Shown here: piece after piece, positions 15,799-25,481 of the stretch
Layout of the letters: every line of letters begins with the position of its first letter
Position numbering within the stretch: the stretch's first letter is position 1
Notes under the pieces: model-generated
Databases searched by the model: none
What the model was told of the DNA's origin: nothing
Seen by the model: only the letters and a program-made list of their open reading frames with translations
Virus record (IMG/VR): IMGVR_UViG_3300020045_007296
Location: 1-29,537 of that record
DNA from: a virus
Taxonomy: Duplodnaviria > Caudoviricetes
Reading direction: 5' to 3' (one strand)
DNA length: 29,537 bases
Made by a program: the position numbers and the translations under genes

Positions 15799-18700
15799 TA
15801 ATTTTTAAAGTGTTGTTGATACCAGGCTGTTGTTTCTATTGCCCCGGTATTTTTAATTACAATTCTGCTTTTACGGTTTAAATCTTTCAACTCACCAAGC
15901 ATCTTACCCATTAAATGAGCATTTACGCCGTCAACTGTAATTGGCTGGTTGACATTCATTCCTGATAACCGCTGAAATCCTGTAGCCGCTAAAATATTGG
16001 CTGTTATGTCGGCAGGAAGAATCGTTTCTCCACCCATCAGATTTAAGAGCGACGGAACGCCTGGGGTTAAATATGGAGCCCCCTGTTTTGGAATTACTAG
16101 CTCACGCCCAATTTCACCACCAATGGCCGGGCCTTTTTTAGCGTCATTTGTACCGAGTGCGTATTTAGGCAAAGGTGTACTGATTGCCTTTGCCAGTTGT
16201 AAGGCCCCAATTGCCCCGGTAAGCGCAGCCAATCCGATGTTGGCAGGTGTATAAGGCTTCATACCCAATGCGGCCACAACGGCCTGCGCTGTGCTTGCTA
16301 TGATGCTTGCTATACTTGCCGCCTTTTCGAACTTTGCCCGTTCAACTGCAATGGCCCGTTTCCTTTTTTCAATCTGTTCAGTGTCAAATGCCGCCTGTTT
16401 TTCTACTAAGGCAACCGCTTTAACCCGTTCAACCTCGCTCAATCCGAGTTGGTTGATGTTGTTTATTTTACGTTTTGCTTCTTCATCGAGTACCCTTTGT
16501 TTTTCACCCAAGTCTTGCTCCTCACGTTTTAAATTATCGTCTAAAAACTGGAAAATCGTTGATTGCAATTCGGAATAAAGCTGCTTATAAAGCTCTTTTC
16601 TTTTTGCAGCCAGTGCTGCCTCTCTTGCCAGTTCATCAGCAAACTTTTTCTTTGAAATTTCTTCCTGCTCTTTTACATTTTTCTTTATTATTTCAAGTTG
16701 CAGATCGCCTAAAATCTTTGCTTGTGCCGCAGCTTTTGGCCCTGCTTCTTCTGTTAATTTAATCAGCCGGTCGTTTACCTCTTTTGCCAGGCGGATACGT
16801 TCATCATTAAATTTTGCTTCGACAACTAACCTTTCTTTTTCAGATTTACCCTTTTTCTCTTTTTCCTCACTACGATTAATTAGTGATAACCTTGCATTAT
16901 AAAAGTCAGATAATAGAATTAATCTGTTTGTAAACGAATCTTTATCATTTGCAAAATCTTCATTCAGTAAATCAATTTTTCTTTGCTGGTTAATTTTATA
17001 GATTTCAAATTCGGCATCAACATCTTCTTTTGCATATTTTGCCCGTGGTGATTTTGCGCCCCGTTCTTTACCGAGTAATAGATCAATCTCATCCTGTAAT
17101 TTTTTAATTTGAGCAACATTGGTTTTAATGTCTGCTTTACTCAATAAAGTTGGCTGTATCTTAGTTAGCTTTTCAATTTCATTTCTCAATTTCTGTATAA
17201 TGCCTAATTGTCCAGCGGCCCCAGCTCCATCAAAATTCGCTTTAAACTTATCTTTAAAAACAGATATAGAAGCATTGACTTTTAAACCAGCCTTTTTCAA
17301 TTCAGTATCAATGTTTTTTAAGGCCTGATCTATATCACTTTTAGGTATATCAAGATTAAACAAATCTGCTGTAAAATTTATCCTACCCAAAGAGGTTGAG
17401 TTGTCAAAAAATTTCCTTTGCTCCTCGCTAAGGTCGCCATAAGATGCTTTCCCGGTCTTTCCAAGTTCGACTAATGCTTGTCTTTGCGCTTGCAAGTTTG
17501 CCACGGCTTTGTTTGATTCTGCATTAACTGTTCCCGCTGCCTCTAGCTCTGCTTTCCTTTGCAGTGATCCAATATACGCATCCAGTATTTTGGTTCCCTC
17601 CGCTGTAGCTATATTTTCAAGCGTTAGTCCTTTTAGGTAGTTTGGGCTTATAGCAATAAGCTCTTTTAATGCCTCTTGTCTTGTAGACAAAGAGATATTG
17701 TTATCTCTTGCAACAGATGTCAAAGCCTCTACATTTGCCTTTTCTTTGCCATAAATTTCAACTGCTTTTTCATTCACCTCATTTAGCGCCCTTACCTTTT
17801 CCTTGCCATCACTTATAGACCTAAATAAATCAATAAAGCTTGATGCCAATGCAGATAATGGAGTTAACAATAATAATACTAATCCACCGAGCCCCATACC
17901 AGGAACAATATTGGCAATGTTCCTCATTACTGAAAATACGCTCTGAAACCCCCTTGTTAATTTCCCTGTTCCGCCTGCTGCAGATGACACCTCTTTTGAA
18001 ATATCATTAAGCGCCTTGGAGCCTGTTCCTACCTCTTTATTAAATGACTTAAATAAAGTGCTATTTGTTCCATATACTACCCCAATCTGTTTTGCGGCTT
18101 CTTTAAATGCAGACTGCTGTGTAGATGTAGATGTGAACTCTTTTCCTGTAGATGAAATTGCATTTTTCAGTGCCGTCTGCTTCATTGTTAATTCATCCAA
18201 TGTTTTACCAGAAGCACCGTTTGCTATTTTTGCATTTACGGAATCAAGTTCTTTATTTAGTGTTTTAAATGCCCCTGAAAATGCAGTTGGGTAATTACCA
18301 ATATTTATTTTTTGCTTTGATAGCTTATCGCTATTACTGTCTATTAATTCATTATTTCTATCAATTAGTGCATTCAGTTCGGCTATTTTTTCATTATCAT
18401 CTACATTCACCCTGCTAACCTGCCGCTTTAAAACAACATTTTGAGCTTGCGCCTCCCCGGTAGAATTAGGGGCATTTTTTGAAAACTCACTTAGTTTTGT
18501 TTGTTCTTTTATTTGTTTTGAAGTCTCAGAAATGCGGACTTTTAGTTTTTCTTGCTGCACCGCTGTTTCAAGTAACCTGTCTTTATATTCTTTTTGGTTT
18601 ATTATACCTTTCTTTAGCAATTCGGCATTATCCTTTTCCTCTGCTTTTACACTTGCCAAAGTATTTTGGTAACGGATTCGTGCCTGAATATTTTCTTCAA

Positions 18701-18989
18701 GTGATTTGTTTTGTTCTTTAGATGCGGCAATCCCTTGCTGACGAACAGCATTTAATTGTTTTTCAGCAGCAGATACAGTACTTGTTGATGAGACAATATT
18801 GTTTTGAGCTACAACAAATTCCTTTGCTTTATCGGTGTATTCTTTTAAGGAACTAATATCACCACCAATGGTTATTTTAGGAAAGTTCTTTACAGTGAGT
18901 GCCAGGCTAGAAAGTTCTTTGTTGACTATCCCAAATTGCTTTTCAAGAGCAGCTATATCTATTATCGAGCTTATTAAATCTTCTGCCAT
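15798..18989 (-). CDS. Tail tape measure protein
   Basis: 1063 aa, Ala/Lys/Glu-rich coiled coil, central hydrophobic segment (GMGLGGLVLLLLTPL), C-terminal GAIGALQLAKAISTPLPKYALG...GEIGRELV motif. Confidence 0.9.
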   Translation of the reverse strand: MAEDLISSIIDIAALEKQFGIVNKELSSLALTVKNFPKITIGGDISSLKEYTDKAKEFVVAQNNIVSSTSTVSAAEKQLNAVRQQGIAASKEQNKSLEENIQARIRYQNTLASVKAEEKDNAELLKKGIINQKEYKDRLLETAVQQEKLKVRISETSKQIKEQTKLSEFSKNAPNSTGEAQAQNVVLKRQVSRVNVDDNEKIAELNALIDRNNELIDSNSDKLSKQKINIGNYPTAFSGAFKTLNKELDSVNAKIANGASGKTLDELTMKQTALKNAISSTGKEFTSTSTQQSAFKEAAKQIGVVYGTNSTLFKSFNKEVGTGSKALNDISKEVSSAAGGTGKLTRGFQSVFSVMRNIANIVPGMGLGGLVLLLLTPLSALASSFIDLFRSISDGKEKVRALNEVNEKAVEIYGKEKANVEALTSVARDNNISLSTRQEALKELIAISPNYLKGLTLENIATAEGTKILDAYIGSLQRKAELEAAGTVNAESNKAVANLQAQRQALVELGKTGKASYGDLSEEQRKFFDNSTSLGRINFTADLFNLDIPKSDIDQALKNIDTELKKAGLKVNASISVFKDKFKANFDGAGAAGQLGIIQKLRNEIEKLTKIQPTLLSKADIKTNVAQIKKLQDEIDLLLGKERGAKSPRAKYAKEDVDAEFEIYKINQQRKIDLLNEDFANDKDSFTNRLILLSDFYNARLSLINRSEEKEKKGKSEKERLVVEAKFNDERIRLAKEVNDRLIKLTEEAGPKAAAQAKILGDLQLEIIKKNVKEQEEISKKKFADELAREAALAAKRKELYKQLYSELQSTIFQFLDDNLKREEQDLGEKQRVLDEEAKRKINNINQLGLSEVERVKAVALVEKQAAFDTEQIEKRKRAIAVERAKFEKAASIASIIASTAQAVVAALGMKPYTPANIGLAALTGAIGALQLAKAISTPLPKYALGTNDAKKGPAIGGEIGRELVIPKQGAPYLTPGVPSLLNLMGGETILPADITANILAATGFQRLSGMNVNQPITVDGVNAHLMGKMLGELKDLNRKSRIVIKNTGAIETTAWYQQHFKN

Positions 18990-19003
18990 TTGATATTTGC
19001 TTT

Positions 19004-19738
19004 TTAACTTTCCGGCGGTCTTGAGCTGCTTGTCATATCCGCTATGTAATTGTTGTGTATCTGCGTTAAGTCATAAATACTTGTCTTGTCCTGGTCTATT
19101 GGATAGCCCTGATACTTGCCAAGCCGATGAACTCCTCTGTCAAAATCTCCCTCACTATCCTTTTCGCCTAAACTTGCTTTATTTAATCGATCATACTCAT
19201 CTGTCAATTCCCATAACTCGTACACTTTCGATTTACACATTGAATTAACTCGGTATAGTTGCTTTAAAAGAGCTTCTTTATCATCATCCGGATAGTTGCC
19301 ATTGTATCCGCACTCGTTTATGAGCCGATCAATTATTTCCTTGTCATAATATTTTTGTAAAACTGCAATGGCGCTTTCTACAAAAAAAACATGCTTCTGT
19401 AGTTCAAGAATATTATTAGCCATGGATAGCTTGTATTCGCTATCATCGTTTTTCATTAATCCGCTCCATTCGCTTACAATGGCTTCCCATGCCTCAGCAA
19501 TTTGTTCAGGTGTTCCATTACCGAGCCCTGAATAATTGCCCCGGTAAAAGCACTGTTTAAATATCTTTACACTTACTTCCTCACATGAACGGTGTAATAT
19601 AACGCTGCACTGGTTCACCTCCGGTTGCGATACATAATCGTCCTTCGTGGTCTCTAAAAAGTCCGACGCTTTGGCCTGTTTCTTTTGCCTTAGCCTTTGC
19701 CAACTGGATAACGATTTGGTCATTTGCTTTTTGTTCAT
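19004..19738 (-). CDS. Putative tail assembly chaperone (start uncertain)
   Basis: Helical protein immediately upstream of the tape measure. Its 5' part overlaps the 62-aa ORF by 158 nt, so the real start may be later (an in-frame GTG near 19618). Confidence 0.6.
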   Translation of the reverse strand: MNKKQMTKSLSSWQRLRQKKQAKASDFLETTKDDYVSQPEVNQCSVILHRSCEEVSVKIFKQCFYRGNYSGLGNGTPEQIAEAWEAIVSEWSGLMKNDDSEYKLSMANNILELQKHVFFVESAIAVLQKYYDKEIIDRLINECGYNGNYPDDDKEALLKQLYRVNSMCKSKVYELWELTDEYDRLNKASLGEKDSEGDFDRGVHRLGKYQGYPIDQDKTSIYDLTQIHNNYIADMTSSSRPPES

Positions 19739-19769
19739 TTATTGCCTGGTTGCATCCGATGCAGCTCAT
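19581..19769 (-). CDS. Small Cys-containing tail-region protein
   Basis: 62 aa, MSCIGCN..., ATGA-coupled to the upstream gene. Confidence 0.65.
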   Translation of the reverse strand: MSCIGCNQAINEQKANDQIVIQLAKAKAKETGQSVGLFRDHEGRLCIATGGEPVQRYITPFM

Positions 19770-20200
19770 AACGATAATTTATTGCGTACCTGCTTTACAA
19801 ATACCGGCCTTAAATCATTCACGTATTCCTTTTTACCCTCTTTGTCCAGTCCAAAAATTGCTTCTCCATCCAAACCTTTATCGTTTACTTTTTTTATCAG
19901 CATGGCCGTTTTATCATCCGTTGAGGTAGAAATAAAAGAAACGCTATTAACATTCACTTTTATTTTTTCCTGAAACGAACCGGTGTTTTTTAATCGCCAT
20001 GGACCGGGTGGATATCCGTAAACTGAAACTGATATTTTAGAATAAGGCGGCATTGCTGATCCGTCTGAAAGTTTACCTGATAACATTCTTTCCCGATTGA
20101 GAGCTACTATCTCGTCTTTTGTTGCCTCGATAGCAGTTACAGCCTCATTGTTTATATTTATGGCCTGCAATCTGGATAGTATGGTATTTATAGTTGTCAA
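19766..20200 (-). CDS. Tail completion / neck protein (HK97 gp10-like by position and motif)
   Basis: 144 aa, TTG start, WRLKNTGSFQEKI resembles the DTGxL motif of gp10-like proteins. Confidence 0.55.
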   Translation of the reverse strand: MTTINTILSRLQAININNEAVTAIEATKDEIVALNRERMLSGKLSDGSAMPPYSKISVSVYGYPPGPWRLKNTGSFQEKIKVNVNSVSFISTSTDDKTAMLIKKVNDKGLDGEAIFGLDKEGKKEYVNDLRPVFVKQVRNKLSL

Positions 20201-20389
20201 TTACTTTACTTCTTTTGCAGCTTTTTCAGTAACCGGGTTTATTTTTTTAAAGGCTTCTTTCAGGAATGCGATTTTGTTTTCTTTGCTTCCGTAGCTATCC
20301 TGCACACTTTGCAATTGGTCTTTAATAAAATCTTCTTCTTTCCAGCCTTTGTAGTGCGTTTCGTTGAAATAATGATTGTCTATTTTCAT
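20201..20389 (-). CDS. Small charged protein after tail tube
   Basis: 62 aa, A-rich start context, stop abuts the next start. Confidence 0.65.
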   Translation of the reverse strand: MKIDNHYFNETHYKGWKEEDFIKDQLQSVQDSYGSKENKIAFLKEAFKKINPVTEKAAKEVK

Positions 20390-20399
20390 AAAAATGTTT

Positions 20400-20432
20400 T
20401 AAAATAGGAGCCCTGACTTTTCAGGACTCCTA
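20400..20432 (-). terminator. Intrinsic terminator after major tail protein
   Basis: Minus strand TAGGAGTCCTGA-AAAG-TCAGGGCTCCTA-TTTT: a 12-bp stem with one G-U pair, then a U tract. Confidence 0.8.
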
Positions 20433-20445
20433 ATAGGTATCTCAA

Positions 20446-21405
20446 TTAAGGTTTCGTAATGTAAACAGGCCCCAGGCTTTCATAACCATCAACTCCAAGC
20501 AAACTTAATGCTGCCGGTGTAGGTAAATCAACCCTGAATTTCTGTGTGCTGGTTAAAGCTGCATAGGCTGTAGAATCAGATGTCACTACAAAATAACCTC
20601 CCGCTGTGTTATAGGTAACAGATGTAGTTGTTACCCCGGCATTGGTTTGGTTATTGTAGATAGGCCATGCTGCAGCGTCTGCCAGTTCAGTTGCGTACAA
20701 GTCTCCCAGGTTCTTTCCGCCACGCCCTGTTACTTTTACATTAAGCACGTTTGTTGACTGGCTCACAATTGATAATGTAACGTCTACGTTACCGGATATG
20801 CCCAAAATGGTTGAATCCAACTGTACAAAAAGCAAGTTTTCTTTGTACTCACTCAATGAATCCAGCGTAACAGAGAAAGGGTATTTGCTTGGCTCCGATG
20901 CAGTGGCGAATTTTGCAAGCTCTGCGTAAAACTCACTCAGAGAGTAACCGGTAAGATTACCGCCTGCTGTTTTAGTTCCATACAAAACATAAGCTGAATC
21001 CAGTATCATTAATTTCAGGTTTGCATTTTGTGCAGCCGCTAATTGATTGTGAAATAGATCGCCTTTTCTGTGTTGGAATTTAAACGCCGGGATTGCATCG
21101 GTAATGATGATATCTGTCTGAGATAAATTACCAACTGTTCCCCGTGTAGGTTCTTTTGTTGCATCTTCATAGTTGGTCAAATCCTTTATAGGATAAGCCC
21201 TTGCGCCCCTTGCTGCACGTGTAGCGGTTTTAATCGCTGCAACTGCACTGGCAATAGAGGCAAAATCAGCAGGCGTAAATTCTACGCCGTTATCCAATAA
21301 GATAAGCGCCTTTGGCTGCTTCCTTATCACATCGCAAATGGGAACACCACTGTTAAAAGTGGAAGTAGAACCCCCGCAATTTGGTAAATTAAAAATATCT
21401 GCCAT
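20446..21405 (-). CDS. Major tail (tube) protein
   Basis: 319 aa, between the tail terminator-like gene and the tape measure region, followed by a terminator; beta-rich C-terminal extension. Confidence 0.75.
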   Translation of the reverse strand: MADIFNLPNCGGSTSTFNSGVPICDVIRKQPKALILLDNGVEFTPADFASIASAVAAIKTATRAARGARAYPIKDLTNYEDATKEPTRGTVGNLSQTDIIITDAIPAFKFQHRKGDLFHNQLAAAQNANLKLMILDSAYVLYGTKTAGGNLTGYSLSEFYAELAKFATASEPSKYPFSVTLDSLSEYKENLLFVQLDSTILGISGNVDVTLSIVSQSTNVLNVKVTGRGGKNLGDLYATELADAAAWPIYNNQTNAGVTTTSVTYNTAGGYFVVTSDSTAYAALTSTQKFRVDLPTPAALSLLGVDGYESLGPVYITKP

Positions 21406-21418
21406 GAGTTAATTTGTT

Positions 21419-21979
21419 TTAAAAATTTTTGAAAATACAATGCTCATTGTTGACGTTTAGCGAAATAGATTTTATCTCTACTGCATCAATATGATCATTG
21501 AAAATGTTTTTATTTTCGTCATTCACCCCCCAATAGTAGCGGTCTGTCCATTTTAATTTCATGTCCTCAATAGTCGGCATGTTGAACAAATCGCTGTTTG
21601 AAATCTGATTTAATAGTTCCCAAAATATCGGGTGTAGAACTGGTTTAAATGTTGCGGCCTCCCTGGCATCTCCCCTTAGTGATGGCTCTGTACGCATACA
21701 GATTATTATCCGGGCGTTAAACTGTGTATTGATCCCATTTTGCCCGGTTGTTGCTGTTTGGTCCTCTACATCCCTCACCAAAATAACCAAAGGGTACTTT
21801 GGTAAACTTGCCTTGGTAAAACTTTGAAGTATTCCGGCAAGCTCCATCGGGTGCCCCTGCATGTAGTAAACCCGCTTGTTAAGATTTCCCCAGTCAAGCG
21901 AAGTGTTTGCTATAATAGCGGCATCCACCTTTGCAACTGTTGCTTTTAATGCGTCTGATATGGATGGTATCTGGTTCAA
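21419..21979 (-). CDS. Tail terminator / completion-like protein
   Basis: 186 aa, KYPLVILV motif, immediately upstream of the tail tube, TTGA overlap with the upstream gene. Confidence 0.6.
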   Translation of the reverse strand: MNQIPSISDALKATVAKVDAAIIANTSLDWGNLNKRVYYMQGHPMELAGILQSFTKASLPKYPLVILVRDVEDQTATTGQNGINTQFNARIIICMRTEPSLRGDAREAATFKPVLHPIFWELLNQISNSDLFNMPTIEDMKLKWTDRYYWGVNDENKNIFNDHIDAVEIKSISLNVNNEHCIFKNF

Positions 21980-22539
21980 TTGAATCCAGGGATTAAGCGG
22001 GTTAACAATATCTCCAATTCTTCGCTGCCTGCATACGTCCTGAATTCAGGATATACGCCCATGTTAGCGTTCAAAAACGCAACAAGCGTCTTCGTTTTCC
22101 TTACCATTTCATTCCATGCAAAGCACATTTTGTCTGCCGGGGAAACGATGACAGCGTTTTTTGCCGCTGGCTTAGCCGTTCCTATTCCGGTATTTTCAAT
22201 TGCATCTTTATTCAGAATAAAATAAAACACATAGTCAGCGATCGGAGTGTTAATATCCGGTACGCCTGCTGAAATTTCAGGTGCAAACCCGCCCCATTTT
22301 TGAACCATGCCTCTTGAATCAGTGAATACCTTTCCCATCTTTAAATCAATGAACCTTTGATCCGGGGTAACCTCTGCGATGCCAGTAATGAACAGTTCAG
22401 ACAACTCATATCCTAAAGCCTTCTGTAAATAATCCGGCTCGTACTTTTGGGTCATGCTGTTTATTATTGCAGTCACATCCGCTTCGATTGCGTTCGGAAT
22501 TAAATTTTCGCCTTTAAAATATGAGTTGTTGATTAGCAT
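21976..22539 (-). CDS. Head-tail connector/adaptor protein
   Basis: 187 aa, helical, starts MLINNSYF; position after the capsid accessory genes. Confidence 0.6.
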   Translation of the reverse strand: MLINNSYFKGENLIPNAIEADVTAIINSMTQKYEPDYLQKALGYELSELFITGIAEVTPDQRFIDLKMGKVFTDSRGMVQKWGGFAPEISAGVPDINTPIADYVFYFILNKDAIENTGIGTAKPAAKNAVIVSPADKMCFAWNEMVRKTKTLVAFLNANMGVYPEFRTYAGSEELEILLTRLIPGFN

Positions 22540-22943
22540 TAATAGGGGAGTAAGTAAGTTTTAAAAGATGCTGATTGCCCACTTGCCCCGGTATATTTCA
22601 CCTGGAAATACTTCCACGCTACAGTCGTATTAAACGAATATGAGTTAGTGGCATCCGTTGCAGTTGCTGCAGAACCTATTAAGGTAAATACAGTCCCACC
22701 CATTGAACCATAAAGGCCAATGGAACCGCCAACTGTTCCAGATATCTTTGTAACCTCAACCTGTGCAGTTAAACCGGCTTTCCATTGCCCTATGGCAAAA
22801 GGGGTTGTTGATTTTGTCGCCGTGCTAAGAACGGTATCAAGTACTTTCGAATAGCTGGTAGTTGTAACCAGTATCGGCTTTGTTTGCGCAGTGGCAAATA
22901 AGGTTGCCGATATTAAAAAAACGATAAACAATATTTTTTTCAT
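22539..22943 (-). CDS. Small beta-sandwich decoration-like protein with Sec signal peptide
   Basis: Likely start ATG 22943: MKKILFIVFLISATLFATA|QTK. The mature part (AQVEVTKISGTVGGSIGLYGSMGGTVFT...WKYFQVKYTG) is all-beta and lies between the capsid and connector genes. Confidence 0.75.
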   Translation of the reverse strand: MKKILFIVFLISATLFATAQTKPILVTTTSYSKVLDTVLSTATKSTTPFAIGQWKAGLTAQVEVTKISGTVGGSIGLYGSMGGTVFTLIGSAATATDATNSYSFNTTVAWKYFQVKYTGASGQSASFKTYLLPY

Positions 22944-22944
22944 G

Positions 22945-23250
22945 TTATTTATTTTTTTTGTGAGTATTTTTTTTAACCACATTTAACACGTCACTTTTTG
23001 GAAGTTCAGCAACTTCTTTTGGCTCCTCTATTGGCTCTGTCGCCTGTTCAGTGATCTCCGTTTTTATTTCGGCCTGTTCGGATTCTGCAATCTGTTGTTC
23101 AGGTATTTCAGCCTGTTCAGCGATCTCTTCACCTTCAACAAATTGCGCTATGCCTCTATCAACTAAGACCCTTGCAACCTGCGAACGAGCCATAGATTTT
23201 TCGCCTTTAAGTTTGTTTGCGAAATCTTCCAAAAAAATGACGTGTTTCAT
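22945..23250 (-). CDS. Small head-region protein with acidic low-complexity tail
   Basis: 101 aa, directly after the capsid gene; compact N-terminal domain plus EQAEI-type repeats. Confidence 0.7.
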   Translation of the reverse strand: MKHVIFLEDFANKLKGEKSMARSQVARVLVDRGIAQFVEGEEIAEQAEIPEQQIAESEQAEIKTEITEQATEPIEEPKEVAELPKSDVLNVVKKNTHKKNK

Positions 23251-23261
23251 AATGATTTAAT

Positions 23262-24524
23262 TTAGCTGGCAATGGTTAATAAAGCGGCTGCGATATCAGT
23301 CACCTTCAACCATCCTAATTTTTCAGAATTTTTGATTAACAGGTTCATTCTTTGACGAGCTTTCAAAGTAACCATGTCGCTTTCAAAGTCACCTGTTGCC
23401 AATCCGGTTGTAACGGTAATATCTCCTTCCTGGTAAATTGCACCAAAACGGCTATCACCTAACACCATTGTGCCGGCTGAAAGGCTGTTGCACTCAACAA
23501 CAGCCATACCATCAACCCTCATGCCTGCACGGTCATAAAAAGGAGGTAGTATGTAGTTATTGTTTCCGTCTTTCTCCAACTGCATGTTGTTGATGTCTGT
23601 AATGTTCATCAACACTGTGTCAGGGCTGAATTTTCCGCCGTATGGCTTGGAAATTGATTCTTTAGCCTTTACAAGCAGGTCGTACATATTAGCATCAACG
23701 ATACCAGCGGCAACCGGAACATAAGCGGTTAACTGGTTAAGCAAGCCATTTACATTAGGACTTGCACCATCTCCGTCGGTCAGGTCAGTATCTCTTTTAA
23801 TAGCCATGTTCACACGCAGGAAATTGTCAACCTCTGCAGCAAACATTGCACTATCATACAGGAATTCTTCTGACATAGGAATTGAATCACCAATTTTTTC
23901 CAGGTTCATGCTGTACATCTGCCATTTGGCAGTAGATGAAGGGAATGTTCCGCCCTCTGCAACAGCGGCAGCGGCACGCACTGATGTTGCTGCATCCCAG
24001 TCCGCATACCTTACTACTCCATTGCGATCCGTTGCTACCGGTACTTTACGGAAAACATCGTATATGCTCAATTTTCTTGAAGCAAGAGATCCGATGCCAG
24101 GTATAATTTCGCCGTGTGCGTTATTCGTAACTGACGCCCTTACGGTATCCGCTTTAATAACACCTTCGAATTCGTGTCCTTTTTTGGCAGAAGCCTTAAT
24201 AGCTTCTTTGTTTTTTTCAGCAAAAGCCTTTATTGATTCGCCTTTTGCCGGATCAATGGTTGTTTGTTCTTTTAACTGGTTAACAGTTTCCTTAATCTCA
24301 TCCAACTGCCTTTTATTATTTTCCTTTTCGGTTTTTTCTGCTTCAATAGCATCCGATTCAGCTTTAATTTGCTCGGGTGTTTTGGCAGGAAATGCAGCTT
24401 TTAATTCAGCCTGGATCATTTCTTTGGTTCCTTTGGCTTCGAATTCTCTTTTCTGCTCGGAGTAAATATCCCTTTGCTCCGGTGTCATTGCGGTTAGTTC
24501 CGCTTCTGTTTTGTATTTAAACAT
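23262..24524 (-). CDS. Major capsid protein (HK97-like, with N-terminal delta/scaffold domain)
   Basis: 420 aa, coiled-coil N-terminus, VAEGGTFP, LEKIGDSIPMSEEFLYD, LEKDGNNNYIL, VLGDSR, F..DMVTLKA motifs. Confidence 0.92.
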   Translation of the reverse strand: MFKYKTEAELTAMTPEQRDIYSEQKREFEAKGTKEMIQAELKAAFPAKTPEQIKAESDAIEAEKTEKENNKRQLDEIKETVNQLKEQTTIDPAKGESIKAFAEKNKEAIKASAKKGHEFEGVIKADTVRASVTNNAHGEIIPGIGSLASRKLSIYDVFRKVPVATDRNGVVRYADWDAATSVRAAAAVAEGGTFPSSTAKWQMYSMNLEKIGDSIPMSEEFLYDSAMFAAEVDNFLRVNMAIKRDTDLTDGDGASPNVNGLLNQLTAYVPVAAGIVDANMYDLLVKAKESISKPYGGKFSPDTVLMNITDINNMQLEKDGNNNYILPPFYDRAGMRVDGMAVVECNSLSAGTMVLGDSRFGAIYQEGDITVTTGLATGDFESDMVTLKARQRMNLLIKNSEKLGWLKVTDIAAALLTIAS

Positions 24525-24525
24525 T

Positions 24526-25368
24526 TTAAAATAAATTTGGGTTAATAAAAATTGTTGCTTTTGGGTTGCTTGCTGCGGACCCTATTTCTTCAGAGCTGCT
24601 TGCTGCGGGCTCCTCATTTTTTTGCCTTACTGGTGTAGCTCTGTTTGAGCCACGGATAACCATGCTACCCTCTGTAATAATCTTAGCCTCTTCAACTCCA
24701 AAGAAAACTTCACCACCGTCTATTACTTCTTGTTTGTTCACAATTAAATCTATATGGTCATCATAATATTTCTTGTACTCGGAATCCTCCTTTCGTGTAC
24801 TATTCATTCCAAGCTTAATAGTCACATATTGCATTCGGACACTATTTTGTATCGGGCGCTTGTTGTCTACGATTTCCTTAGCAACCGGGCTAACTATTTT
24901 TGTTTTGTCTATCTCATAGATCAACGCATCAGTATTACCATCGTAAGGCTGGTTTAAAAAAGACCATGGAACATTCTTTACCATTACGTTCACATCTTCC
25001 GGCCATGCTATTATTGTTCCAGTCTTTACTTCGTGATCCAGAACATAGAATAACTTACCGTTCTGCTCCTTTGCCGACCTGGTCCAGATACCATCAAAAT
25101 GCACATCCATGTGGCTATCGAAAAAGTTACAGCTATTAATTACCGGGTAAATGAAACCATCTTTCATTTGTGGGCCAACCTTAATCTGCTCTTCTGTTTT
25201 GCCTACGTAATCAATGAAAGAGGAAAGGAGTGCATTTTTACCAATAGATTCATATACAGACGCTTTTTTTGTCCGTATAATTTCATCAATGTTTTTAATG
25301 ACATGGCTATGAAACTCTTCTTTAGTTTCAAATTTTTTATCATCAAAAATGGCTTTACACTGTATCAT
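24526..25368 (-). CDS. Prohead maturation protease
   Basis: 280 aa, between portal and capsid; DSHMDV, VLDH and EGSMVIRGSNRAT resemble HK97-type (S78) protease motifs. Confidence 0.75.
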   Translation of the reverse strand: MIQCKAIFDDKKFETKEEFHSHVIKNIDEIIRTKKASVYESIGKNALLSSFIDYVGKTEEQIKVGPQMKDGFIYPVINSCNFFDSHMDVHFDGIWTRSAKEQNGKLFYVLDHEVKTGTIIAWPEDVNVMVKNVPWSFLNQPYDGNTDALIYEIDKTKIVSPVAKEIVDNKRPIQNSVRMQYVTIKLGMNSTRKEDSEYKKYYDDHIDLIVNKQEVIDGGEVFFGVEEAKIITEGSMVIRGSNRATPVRQKNEEPAASSSEEIGSAASNPKATIFINPNLF

Positions 25369-25481
25369 TTTTTTATCTGTTTACCTGATTTTATCAATGC
25401 CTCTTTCTTATCCAATATCTTTTTAGCCTCTTCCTTTGTAACCTGTTTAGGATGCTGAAGCCGGTTGTTTTCCTTGCTCAT
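25365..25481 (-). CDS. 38-aa basic peptide between portal and protease
   Basis: Hand-translated MSKENNRLQHPKQVTKEEAKKILDKKEALIKSGKQIKK. It overlaps the portal end and is ATGA-coupled to the protease. Confidence 0.55.
   Translation of the reverse strand: MSKENNRLQHPKQVTKEEAKKILDKKEALIKSGKQIKK

Noticed and set aside
23030-23125. Short GCCTGTTC repeats as a possible array
   Set aside because: They are three 8-mers encoding EQA in a low-complexity acidic tail, not CRISPR-like.
23806-24465. 219-aa plus-strand ORF
   Set aside because: It lies fully antisense to the major capsid gene and is a Ser/Ala-rich shadow with no recognisable motif.
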